Shown piece by piece: positions 1 through 7,282 of a DNA stretch of 24,000 bases. The notes below the pieces were generated by a model, which was not told where the DNA came from, did no database searches, and saw only the letters and a list, made by a program, of their open reading frames with translations. The DNA is taken from the NCBI GenBank assembly GCA_964435115.1, contig CAYSYM010000005.1, positions 68,224-92,223 on the forward strand, given 5' to 3'. The position numbers and the translations under genes were made by a program. Position 1 is the first letter of the stretch. Each line of letters starts with the position of its first letter. Origin of the DNA: an uncultured Chloroflexota bacterium. GTDB lineage: Bacteria > Chloroflexota > UBA6077 > CF-72.

Positions 1-1130
1 CCAGCGGCATGCAGGTCGCCTTTGGCTTCTTCGCCGCGTTCGTCCGCCGCTCCAGGCTGCTCGGCACCGGTACGCTGGTCGCGGCCTTCGGAACGTTCCT
101 GACGGGCCTGGCAGGCTCGTACGCGGGCCTGCTCGGCGCCCGCGGCGTCTTCTCGCTCGGTTCGAGCGCCCAGCACCCTGTTGGTGCCAGCCTGCTCGCC
201 GGCTACTTCCCGAGCCGCCCAGGCACGGTGCTGGCGCTCAATTCCAGCGTCGCCAACGTCGGCGCGCTGCTGGCGCCGCTGTCGGTCGGAGCCTTCCTGG
301 CGCTGATGGGCTGGCGACAGGCGTTCCTCGTTCTGTCGCTGGTGAGCCTGGCCATGGGCGCCGCGTTCTTCCTGTTGCTGCGGGAGCGTCCACGCACCAC
401 GGCCAGCGCGACCTCGGGGTGCACGCGCCTGGCCGAGGGCGCGTCGAGCTACCTGCGGGTGCTGCGCAACCGGAACATGCTGGTAGTAGCCCTGGCGATG
501 ATGGTCGGGGCGGCCGGTCGCGGCGAGGGCGTCAACGTGACCTTCATCGCCCCACACCTGGTCAACGACCTCGGTCTCACAGTGGGGATGGCGGGCCTGG
601 CGCTCGCGCTCCAGCAGGCTGGCGGCATCGTGGGGCCGCTGGGGTTTGGCTGGCTATCAGACCGCTCCTCGCGGAAGCGGGTCGTGCAGGCGTCCCTGGC
701 GGTCTCGGCCATCGCCACCTGGTGGCTGGTCACGCTTGGAGGCGACCTGGTGATCCTCCTTCCGGGTCTGCTGGTCTACGGCGCGCTTACCTACTCGCGC
801 TTGACCCTCACCCAGGCCCTGGTGGCGGACGCGGTCGAGGATACGGATCGCGATGCCGCCTTCAGCCTGTTCTACTTTCTCGCGTTCGTCTCCGGGCCGC
901 TCTGGACGCTGGTGACCGGGTTCTTGATGGAGGCGGTCGGGTTCGGGGTCGCCTTCTCGGTGCTGGGCTTCTCCTACCTGGTCGGCGTCGGCCTGCTGGG
1001 CCTCGTCCGCGAAGCCCCGCGCCCCGCCCAGGCAGCCTCTTCCTCGGCAGTTGGCAGCTCCTCGGCCAGCGGATCGACCCAATCCTCTTCACCACGCCCA
1101 GCGCGGTTGTCGCCGCCGGGGCCACGATGA
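1..1130 (+). CDS. MFS transporter (5'-truncated by window edge)
   Basis: Frame-3 ORF is open to the left edge (no stop before the ATG at 9); stop TGA 1128-1130. The product is a succession of hydrophobic helices separated by short basic loops (LRERPR, SDRSSRKR), typical of major-facilitator permeases. From ~1030 this frame loses the strong third-position G/C bias (Ser/Pro-rich tail), so the true C-terminus is uncertain. Confidence 0.75.
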   Translation, partial: SGMQVAFGFFAAFVRRSRLLGTGTLVAAFGTFLTGLAGSYAGLLGARGVFSLGSSAQHPVGASLLAGYFPSRPGTVLALNSSVANVGALLAPLSVGAFLALMGWRQAFLVLSLVSLAMGAAFFLLLRERPRTTASATSGCTRLAEGASSYLRVLRNRNMLVVALAMMVGAAGRGEGVNVTFIAPHLVNDLGLTVGMAGLALALQQAGGIVGPLGFGWLSDRSSRKRVVQASLAVSAIATWWLVTLGGDLVILLPGLLVYGALTYSRLTLTQALVADAVEDTDRDAAFSLFYFLAFVSGPLWTLVTGFLMEAVGFGVAFSVLGFSYLVGVGLLGLVREAPRPAQAASSSAVGSSSASGSTQSSSPRPARLSPPGPR

Positions 1131-1312
1131 TCGGCAGCGGCGCGCTGGGGACCCACCTGTGGCCTAACCTGGTGGTGCTCGTCGTCGAGCCCAACCCGAT
1201 CACCGCCGATAGGACGCTCGGGATGTTTTTCGGCCACACCTTCATCGCCACCCTGGATGGCAAGGAGTGCGTCGACGACTTCCCATGCCAGCTCACGGAG
1301 GTCCGCGTATGA
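1127..1312 (+). CDS. small hypothetical protein (61 aa), translationally coupled
   Basis: ATG 1127 overlaps the MFS stop (ATGA). Its TGA 1310-1312 overlaps the hydrolase ATG 1309 (ATGA again). Hand count gives ~90% G/C at codon position 3. Composition is balanced (MIGSGALGTHLWPNLVVLVVEPNPITADRTLGMFFGHTFIATLDGKECVDDFPCQLTEVRV), unlike the Arg/Pro-rich spurious ORFs here. No family recognised. Confidence 0.4.
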   Translation: MIGSGALGTHLWPNLVVLVVEPNPITADRTLGMFFGHTFIATLDGKECVDDFPCQLTEVRV

Positions 1313-2454
1313 GTGCAGCGCCAGCCGACCCGCGGGTGGCGGCCGCGCTCGCCCACTGGGGGCCGCGCTTCATCGCCAACGGGATCGACTACAACGACTT
1401 CCTGGCCACGACGGCGCGGGTCGCGCGGTGGAGCCAGTGGTGCGCCGAGTGGCAGAAGACGGCGGCGATCCACGAGCAGCTCGCGCGCGACGCCGAGGCC
1501 CGGCGCAGCCCGCGGTCTGCGGCGGACGCGTACGTCCGCGCGGCGCTGTGCCACCATTTCGGCAAGTTCCTCTTCTTCGACGACCTGGCCCAGCTCCAGG
1601 CGGCCTCCGCGGCGACGGTGGCCACCTACCGCAAGGCCGCCCCCCTGCTCGATCCTCCCGCCGAGCCGGTGGCGATCCCCTACGCCGGCACACCCCTGCC
1701 CGGCTACCTGCGGCAACCCCGCGGGAGCCAGCGCCCGCCCGTGGTCGTGCTGCTGGCCGGGTTGGACTCGGTCAAGGAGGAGTTCCACGCCTTCGAGCCG
1801 CTGTTCCTCGCCCGGGGGATGGCCACCCTCAGCTTCGACGGCCCCGGCCAGGGGGAGCGGGAGTTCGACCTCCCCATCGAGCCGGCCTACGAGCGCGTCG
1901 TCGCCGCCGTGGTGGACTGGCTGCTTGGACGACCAGACGTGGACGGCTCGCGGGTGGCCGTCGCCGGCGTGAGCCTGGGCGGGTACTACGCCGGCCGGGC
2001 GGCCGCGTTCGAGCCGCGGCTCGCCGGCGCCGTTGCGATCGGCGGGCCGTACGACTTCGGGGCGACCTTCGACCAGCTCCCGCCCCTGACCAAGCAGGCC
2101 TTCCAGGTCCGCAGCCATGCGCCCGACTTCCCCGCCGCCCGCGAGCGGGCGCGGACGCTGACGCTCCGCGACGCGGCGCCGCGTATCCACATGCCGTTCC
2201 TGATCGTCTTCGGCCGGCAGGACCGCTTGATCCCCTACCAGCAGGCCGAGCAGCTGTTCGCCGAGATCCCCGCCCAGGAGAAGCAGCTCGCGCTGTTCCC
2301 CGAGGGCAACCACGTCTGCAACAACATGCCCTACGCCTACCGCCCGCTCGTGGCCGACTGGGTGGCCGAGCGGCTGGGCGCCGGGTCACGGCCTACCCGC
2401 AGCGGCGGAAGCCGCGGGGGTAGGCGTGGAGGGCCTCCACCCCGTTCGGCGTGA
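1309..2454 (+). CDS. alpha/beta hydrolase (FrsA/DUF1100-like, lid-containing)
   Basis: ATG 1309 is preceded by GGAGG at 1296-1300; the track start 1267 has no SD. Nucleophile elbow GVSLGG, later acid (GRQDRLIP) and His (EGNHVC) are in canonical order. The helical N-terminal region (HWGPRFIANGIDYNDF...) recalls C-C hydrolases such as 2,6-dihydropseudooxynicotine hydrolase (recollection only, not searched). Confidence 0.8.
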   Translation: MSAAPADPRVAAALAHWGPRFIANGIDYNDFLATTARVARWSQWCAEWQKTAAIHEQLARDAEARRSPRSAADAYVRAALCHHFGKFLFFDDLAQLQAASAATVATYRKAAPLLDPPAEPVAIPYAGTPLPGYLRQPRGSQRPPVVVLLAGLDSVKEEFHAFEPLFLARGMATLSFDGPGQGEREFDLPIEPAYERVVAAVVDWLLGRPDVDGSRVAVAGVSLGGYYAGRAAAFEPRLAGAVAIGGPYDFGATFDQLPPLTKQAFQVRSHAPDFPAARERARTLTLRDAAPRIHMPFLIVFGRQDRLIPYQQAEQLFAEIPAQEKQLALFPEGNHVCNNMPYAYRPLVADWVAERLGAGSRPTRSGGSRGGRRGGPPPRSA

Positions 2455-3661
2455 TGCGCACGAGTTCGCCGACCTGAACGCCGGCACGGCGGTCGGGTGT
2501 GACCACGTTCGGCTGGACGACCACCACCATGCCCGCGCGGAAGGTGAACTCGGGCACCGGCCCGTGCTGCGCGCTGCGCGACCGCAGCACGGGCGGTAGG
2601 TAGCCCCCGCCGAAGCCGTGCAGCAGGTCGTCGTAGATGGTGAACCCGGCGTCCTCGATCACCCCGGCCGCCTCGACCACCTCCACCGCCGTCGCCCCGT
2701 CGCGCAAGGCACCGCACACCCGATCGAACGCCTCTTCGGCGACCGCGTGCAGGCGCTGGTAGAGCGACGGGGGATCGGCAGCGATGGCGAAAGTGCGCAG
2801 TACCTGGCCGGCGTACCCCCACACCTGGGCGCTCACCTCGACGAAGAGCACGTCGCCAATCTCCAGTGGCCGCGGCCGCGGCCGCGGCGCCGGCACGCAC
2901 ACGCCCGGGTGGGCCATGGGCGTGACGCCGAAGTAGTGGATGTAGTTCTGGCCGCCGCACCGCAGGTACGCCTCCTCCACGACCGCCGCCAGCTCGCTCT
3001 CCGGCAGGCCGGGCCGCGCCTCGCGCTCCAGCGCCACCAGCGCCGCGTCGCTCAGCGCCGCGCCGCGTCGCAGCCAGGCCAGCTCTTCGGCGCTCTTGGC
3101 CAGCCGCAGCCCGGCGAACGCCGACGTCGCGTCGACCAGCGTCACGTCCGGCAGCGTGCTCGCCAGCAGGGCGTGGTGCTGGAACGAGATCGGGCCAACC
3201 AGGCCGATCCGGCCGCGTCCCAGGTGGCCGGCCCGCAGGCGGTCGGCCACCGTGCGGGCCGAGCTCGGGCCGGCCCACTCCACGTCGTCCAGCACGGCGG
3301 TGCGCTGGGCGCTCGGGACGTGGTTGTAGAATTGCACCCGCAGCATCGGCTCGCAGCCCGGCTGGTAGACCAGCCAGGCCTCGCGGGTCGGCGGCCACCC
3401 GCTCAGGTACTGCACGCCCAGGTCGCCGCCGGCGCTTCCGAAGAGGACCAGCCCGTCCAGGCGCTCGCGTTCGAGCAGCCCGTCGACCGCCGCGCGGCGC
3501 CGCGCGTACTCGCCCGCGCTGAAGGCGGGCAGGCCGCCGGGGCTGCCATCCGCTCGGGCGGGCAGGCCGGCCGGGCGCGGCGCCGCCGGCGCCTCCGGGT
3601 GCCCGCTGGCGAGGTGCGCGCCCGGCCGCGCACCCCGCGTCCCACCCCCGACGCTACGCAT
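2393..3661 (-). CDS. M24 family protein (creatinase / Xaa-Pro peptidase-like), atypical metal site
   Basis: Pita-bread fold motifs are present: IGDVLFVEVSAQVWGYAGQVLRTF, LHGFGGG, MVVVVQPNV, VQVGELVRIT, plus a creatinase/prolidase-type N-domain. The ATG at 3661 (MRSVGG...) overlaps the nitrilase stop by 8 nt and has a weak GGGGA upstream. ATG 3679 is the alternative start. Confidence 0.8.
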   Translation of the reverse strand: MRSVGGGTRGARPGAHLASGHPEAPAAPRPAGLPARADGSPGGLPAFSAGEYARRRAAVDGLLERERLDGLVLFGSAGGDLGVQYLSGWPPTREAWLVYQPGCEPMLRVQFYNHVPSAQRTAVLDDVEWAGPSSARTVADRLRAGHLGRGRIGLVGPISFQHHALLASTLPDVTLVDATSAFAGLRLAKSAEELAWLRRGAALSDAALVALEREARPGLPESELAAVVEEAYLRCGGQNYIHYFGVTPMAHPGVCVPAPRPRPRPLEIGDVLFVEVSAQVWGYAGQVLRTFAIAADPPSLYQRLHAVAEEAFDRVCGALRDGATAVEVVEAAGVIEDAGFTIYDDLLHGFGGGYLPPVLRSRSAQHGPVPEFTFRAGMVVVVQPNVVTPDRRAGVQVGELVRITPNGVEALHAYPRGFRRCG

Positions 3662-4769
3662 CCGTCCCCACGCCGCCATCGCCGGGGGCGTCCGCCACGA
3701 GCGCGGGGCGCTCGGCGGGCGCCGGCCCGGCAGAGAGCCGGCCGACGCGCCCGGTGGACTGGAACTGGGGTGGGCCGGCGTCGAGGGAGGCGCTCTCGGC
3801 GCCGCCCAGCTCGGCGTACAGCCGCGGCGCCTGGCGGTTGACGCGGAGCTGGAAGATGTCCGGTCGGTTGTAGTGGCCGGCGAAATCGTGGCGCAGCTTC
3901 ATCCTGATACCCACCTCCAGGTCCAGGTCGGCGTAGAGGATGCCCTCCTCGGCGCCCAGCGGCCCGGCGATCACCCGGCTGTCCGGGGCGACGATCGTCG
4001 ACCCCCCGCACAGGGCCGGGTTGCGCAGGAACGCCTCGTCCTGCGGCGACACCTGCAGCAACTGGATCAGGCGCTCGTCCACCGTCCCACAGGCACTTAC
4101 CACGTACGCCTTGGTCATCTGCGCGAAGGCCTGCGAGTCGATCAGCACCCGGTGGCGCATCGGATCGCTGATGGTGGGGAAGTGGTTCGGCCAGCTCATG
4201 ACGTGGACGCGCGTCCCCTCGGCGGCCAGGGCCATGATCGCCAGCGGGTTCGAGTTCTCGCCGCAGATGAGCGCGCTAGCCGGGCCGAACGTTGTCTGGA
4301 ACGCCCCGAAGGTGTCGCCGTAGCCGCCCGTGTGCACCAGCCGCTCGCCCACCGTCGGCATGATCTTCTGGTGCTTGCCGAGGAGGGCGCCCTCCGGCCC
4401 GAGGTAGAGCTGGGTGTTGAACATCGTGCCGAGCGTGTTCGGCAGCTTCTCGCACACGCCGACGACCACGTACGCCCCGACCGCCCGGGCGGCCTCGCCG
4501 AGCGCGGCGATCCCCGGCCCGGGGACCTCGACCGCGTGCTTGAACAGCTCGACGCTCAGCCGGGTCGAGATGGCGCCGGTGGCCGCGTGGAAGTGGAACC
4601 AGACCGGGTGGGCGGGGATGAACCCTTCGGGGAAGGCGATGAGCTGCGCCCCCTGGCGGCCGGCCTCCCGGATTAGCGCGCACGCCTTCGCTGTGGACGC
4701 CTCGCGGTCCAGGAAGACCGACGCCGCCTGGACGGCCGCCACTCTCACCACCGGGTAGGTATCGCCCAT
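3654..4769 (-). CDS. nitrilase / carbon-nitrogen hydrolase family protein
   Basis: The family-like part begins at MGMGDTYPVVRVAAVQ. Catalytic Glu-Lys-Cys motifs are FPEGF, HQKIMPT and LICGENSNP. SD AAGGA (complement of 4779-4783) lies 9 nt from ATG 4769 but only 3 nt from ATG 4775, so 4769 is preferred. The 596-aa track ORF reaching 5444 is an upstream extension antisense to the LacI gene. Confidence 0.85.
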   Translation of the reverse strand: MGDTYPVVRVAAVQAASVFLDREASTAKACALIREAGRQGAQLIAFPEGFIPAHPVWFHFHAATGAISTRLSVELFKHAVEVPGPGIAALGEAARAVGAYVVVGVCEKLPNTLGTMFNTQLYLGPEGALLGKHQKIMPTVGERLVHTGGYGDTFGAFQTTFGPASALICGENSNPLAIMALAAEGTRVHVMSWPNHFPTISDPMRHRVLIDSQAFAQMTKAYVVSACGTVDERLIQLLQVSPQDEAFLRNPALCGGSTIVAPDSRVIAGPLGAEEGILYADLDLEVGIRMKLRHDFAGHYNRPDIFQLRVNRQAPRLYAELGGAESASLDAGPPQFQSTGRVGRLSAGPAPAERPALVADAPGDGGVGTDA

Positions 4770-4791
4770 GCCCATCCATCCTTTCGCCCGC

Positions 4792-4821
4792 TTGACGCGT
4801 TCCAGCCCTCTAGGGTATTGT
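4792..4821 (+). promoter_or_regulatory. candidate sigma70-type promoter for the LacI-family gene
   Basis: TTGACG (4792-4797), 18-nt spacer, TATTGT (4816-4821), in the divergent nitrilase/LacI intergenic region. Pattern match only. Confidence 0.3.
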
Positions 4822-4847
4822 GCGCAAACGATTGGCGCAATCGGTTG
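4822..4847. promoter_or_regulatory. candidate tandem LacI-family operator
   Basis: Two adjacent 13-nt units, GCGCAAACGATTG (4822-4834) and GCGCAATCGGTTG (4835-4847), share 11/13 identity. Each contains the imperfect palindrome CAAnCGnTTG, matching the AAnCGnTT core of LacI/GalR operators. They lie directly downstream of the putative -10 and ~50 nt upstream of the nitrilase start. Confidence 0.45.
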
Positions 4848-4871
4848 TCCAGCGACGATGGAAGCACCGGG

Positions 4872-6005
4872 GTGGACCAGGTAGCCAGGGTGGGGCCGGT
4901 CAGGCTGCGTGACCTCGCGCGCCGCGTCGGCGTGCATCCGTCCACCGTGTCGCGGGTGCTCAGCGGCGACCCCACCGCGCGGCTCTCGGAGGCGACCCGG
5001 CGGCGCATCCTCGACCTCGCCTACGCCACCGGCTACCGCCCCAACCGGCTGGCGCGGTCGCTCAAGATGCAGCGTACGCACATCCTGGGCATGCTGATCC
5101 CGGATATCACCAACCCCTTCTTCTCGGTGCTCTTCCGGGCGGTCGAGGATGCCGCGGGCGGCGCCGGCTACAACGTCATCCTCTGCAACACGGATGATAC
5201 GTCGGCGCGGCTGGAGCAGCACCTGCGGGTCCTGGGCGAGGGGCACGTCGACGGGCTGCTCATCGCCACGGCGCACCGCGGCGACCCGGCGATCGGCGGC
5301 CTGCGCGCACGCGGCATGCCCTACGTGCTGGTGAACCGCCGGCGCGACGACGCGGATGACTCGTGGATCGTGTCCGACGACCGGGGCGGCGCCCGCCAGG
5401 CGGTGGAGCACCTGGCCTGTCTCGGCCACCGCCGGATCGGGCACATTGCCGGGTCCGCCGAGATCAGCACCACCGCCGAGCGCCTGGCAGGCTACCGGGA
5501 GGCGATGGCTGAACGCGGGCTCCCCGTAGACGAACGCTGGATCGTCGAGGGCGGCCTCGTCGAGTCGGAGGGCGAGCAGGGGATGGAGCAGGTGCTCAGG
5601 CTGCCCGGGGCCGAGCGGCCAACGGCCGTCTTCGTCGCGAACGACTTCGCCGCCCTCGGCGCCATGGCGGCGCTGCGACGCGCGGGCGTGCGCGTCCCGG
5701 ACGAGATGTCGATCGTCGGCTACAACGACAGCCAGCTGGCGGGCCGTTCACAGCCGCCGCTCACCACGCTGCGCGTCCCGCTCCAGGAGATGGGGCGGGT
5801 CGCGGCCGACACGTTGATCAAGCGACTCACGGGAGAGGCGGGAGTCGCACACAGCCCGGTCCAGGTGGTTCTGCCGGTGGAGCTCGTGGTGCGCGGCTCC
5901 ACCGCCCCACCGCCGGATGGCGCCTGGGCGAGCAGGCCCGTGGCCCAGGTGCTCAGCCACACTACCACCGCGCGCCGATCTCGCGTCCACGTGGGGAAGG
6001 AGTAA
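4872..6005 (+). CDS. LacI family transcriptional regulator
   Basis: N-terminal HTH VRLRDLARRVGVHPSTVSRVLSG...ATRRRILDLAYATGYRPNRLARSL is followed by a periplasmic-binding-protein-like sugar-binding fold (ILGMLIPDITNPFF...). GTG 4872 has GGAAG 9 nt upstream; GTG 4890 is equally plausible. The track start TTG 4818 lies within the putative -10 hexamer, directly upstream of the operator repeats, and is unlikely. Confidence 0.85.
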   Translation: MDQVARVGPVRLRDLARRVGVHPSTVSRVLSGDPTARLSEATRRRILDLAYATGYRPNRLARSLKMQRTHILGMLIPDITNPFFSVLFRAVEDAAGGAGYNVILCNTDDTSARLEQHLRVLGEGHVDGLLIATAHRGDPAIGGLRARGMPYVLVNRRRDDADDSWIVSDDRGGARQAVEHLACLGHRRIGHIAGSAEISTTAERLAGYREAMAERGLPVDERWIVEGGLVESEGEQGMEQVLRLPGAERPTAVFVANDFAALGAMAALRRAGVRVPDEMSIVGYNDSQLAGRSQPPLTTLRVPLQEMGRVAADTLIKRLTGEAGVAHSPVQVVLPVELVVRGSTAPPPDGAWASRPVAQVLSHTTTARRSRVHVGKE

Positions 6006-6010
6006 CGTCC

Positions 6011-7219
6011 ATGCAGCTCCCAACGCCGTTCACCCTCGCGCGCCGCGTCGCCGTCGTCATCGCCGTGGCCGCGTTCGCCGCCGCGTGCGCGCCGGCCGCG
6101 CAGCCGACGCCGACCACGGCGCCGGCCAAGCCGACCGAGGCGCCCAAGCCCACCGTGGCGGCCTCGCCCGCCGCGGCGCCGAGCCCCAGCCCGGCCGCCA
6201 AGCCGGCCGCGGCCGCCAGCCCGGCCGCGGGGGCCCCGGGCCCCGTGGCGACCAAGCCCGCGCAGAACCCCACCGACAAGCTCAGCCTGGTCTACGGCAG
6301 CCCGGTGACCCCGCCCAGCCTGGTCCACATGCCGCCGTACATCGCCCAGGCGATGGGCTTCTTCGACGAAGTCGGCTTGAACGTGGAGATCAAGTCCTTT
6401 GAAGGCGGCGTCGGGGCGCTGCGCGGTGGCATCTCGGGCGGCCTGGACATCGTCGGCACCAGCTCCGACCCGCTCTTCGCCGCCATCCAGCAGGGCGCGC
6501 CGGTCAAGGCCATCGGCACCTACGCGCCCAAGCTGAGCGTCGTCATGATGGCCAGGCCGGACATCAAGACGCCCCAGGACCTGAAGGGTCGCAAGCTGGG
6601 CATCCAGGAAGTCGGGGGCTTCAACGACGTCATGTCGCGCCTGGTGCTGCAGAGCGCCGGGATCTCGCCCAACGACGTGCAGTTCGTCACCGTGGCGACC
6701 GCCAACCGGGTGTCCTCGATGGTCCAGGGCCAGACCGAGGCGACCGTGCTGCACGCCGACCAGTACTACGCCGCGCTGGCCGCCGACCCCAACTTCAACG
6801 TCATGGCCCGCCTGTGGGAGGTCGTGCCGGACTGGTGGTACTCGGCGTTCGTCGCGTCGGACGACGTCATCAAGAACAAGCGCGAAGCGTTGGTCCGCTT
6901 CATGACGGCGGTCGTCAAGGCGCAGCGCTTCATGTACACGAACCCCGAGGAGACGAAGCGCATCGCGGTCGAGGAGACGAAGCGCAAGCCGGACGAGATC
7001 GAGAAGGCCTACGCCGACCTGGTCCGGGGCGGCATCTGGAGCGTCAACGACGGCATGCCGCGCAACATGGTCGAGTACACCGTCCGCAAGGAGATCGAGG
7101 TCGGCATCGTCCGGCCGGACAACCCGCCGACCTACGAGCAGATCGTGGACAAGTCGATCATCGACGAGGCCGTCAGGCGCAACGGTGGCGCCTGGACGGG
7201 CGACCCGCGCTGGTACTAG
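6011..7219 (+). CDS. ABC transporter substrate-binding lipoprotein, NMT1/THI5-like (NitT/TauT family)
   Basis: AAGGAG lies 8 nt upstream of ATG 6011. Signal peptide with lipobox (FAAAC) is followed by a ~65-aa Pro/Ala/Thr tether. The NMT1-like domain follows (LSLVYGSPVTPPSLVHMPPYIAQAMGFFDEVGLNVEIKSFEGG...). Confidence 0.85.
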   Translation: MQLPTPFTLARRVAVVIAVAAFAAACAPAAQPTPTTAPAKPTEAPKPTVAASPAAAPSPSPAAKPAAAASPAAGAPGPVATKPAQNPTDKLSLVYGSPVTPPSLVHMPPYIAQAMGFFDEVGLNVEIKSFEGGVGALRGGISGGLDIVGTSSDPLFAAIQQGAPVKAIGTYAPKLSVVMMARPDIKTPQDLKGRKLGIQEVGGFNDVMSRLVLQSAGISPNDVQFVTVATANRVSSMVQGQTEATVLHADQYYAALAADPNFNVMARLWEVVPDWWYSAFVASDDVIKNKREALVRFMTAVVKAQRFMYTNPEETKRIAVEETKRKPDEIEKAYADLVRGGIWSVNDGMPRNMVEYTVRKEIEVGIVRPDNPPTYEQIVDKSIIDEAVRRNGGAWTGDPRWY

Positions 7220-7224
7220 CGCGG

Positions 7225-7266
7225 GTGTCAGGCGTCAGGTATCGGGTATCGGGTGTTGGGTGGTGG
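7225..7266 (+). repeat. tandem heptamer array A (6 degenerate GTGTCGG units, 42 bp)
   Basis: Read directly: GTGTCAG GCGTCAG GTATCGG GTATCGG GTGTTGG GTGGTGG. It starts 6 nt after the SBP stop and runs into GGAGGGG (7267-7273), which serves as SD for GTG 7283. Confidence 0.9.
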
Positions 7267-7282
7267 GGAGGGGGTGCCGGCC

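Noticed and set aside
1191-1240. T-run (GATGTTTTTCGG) near 1225-1236 as an intrinsic terminator for the MFS gene
   Set aside because: The preceding stem is only CCCGA/TCGGG with an 18-nt loop. The stretch also lies inside the frame-2 small ORF, which has strong coding bias.
862-2313. 483-aa minus-strand ORF spanning the MFS end and the hydrolase gene
   Set aside because: It is antisense to a gene with clear alpha/beta-hydrolase motifs. The product is Arg/Gly/Pro-rich with no recognisable motif. Long stop-free antisense frames are expected at this GC content.
2393-2454. 62-nt convergent overlap of the hydrolase and M24 3' ends as a regulatory antisense arrangement
   Set aside because: The hydrolase tail past …WVAERLG is Arg/Gly/Pro-rich read-through to the first stop available in GC-rich DNA. 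The overlap is probably incidental.
2868-2891. (GGCCGC)x3 hexamer microsatellite with overlapping NotI-type sites
   Set aside because: It lies inside the M24 gene and simply encodes RPRPRP on the minus strand. It is short and in frame, and is unremarkable low-complexity sequence for this GC content.
4818-4871. TTG 4818 as LacI start
   Set aside because: It would place the putative operator repeats inside the ORF and start within the putative -10 hexamer. It would also add ~20 non-family residues before the HTH. GTG 4872/4890 fit family N-termini better.
4776-5444. N-terminal extension of the nitrilase ORF to 596 aa
   Set aside because: The extension is antisense to the LacI gene and its promoter and operator region. 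Family similarity and an SD begin only at MGMGDTYP.
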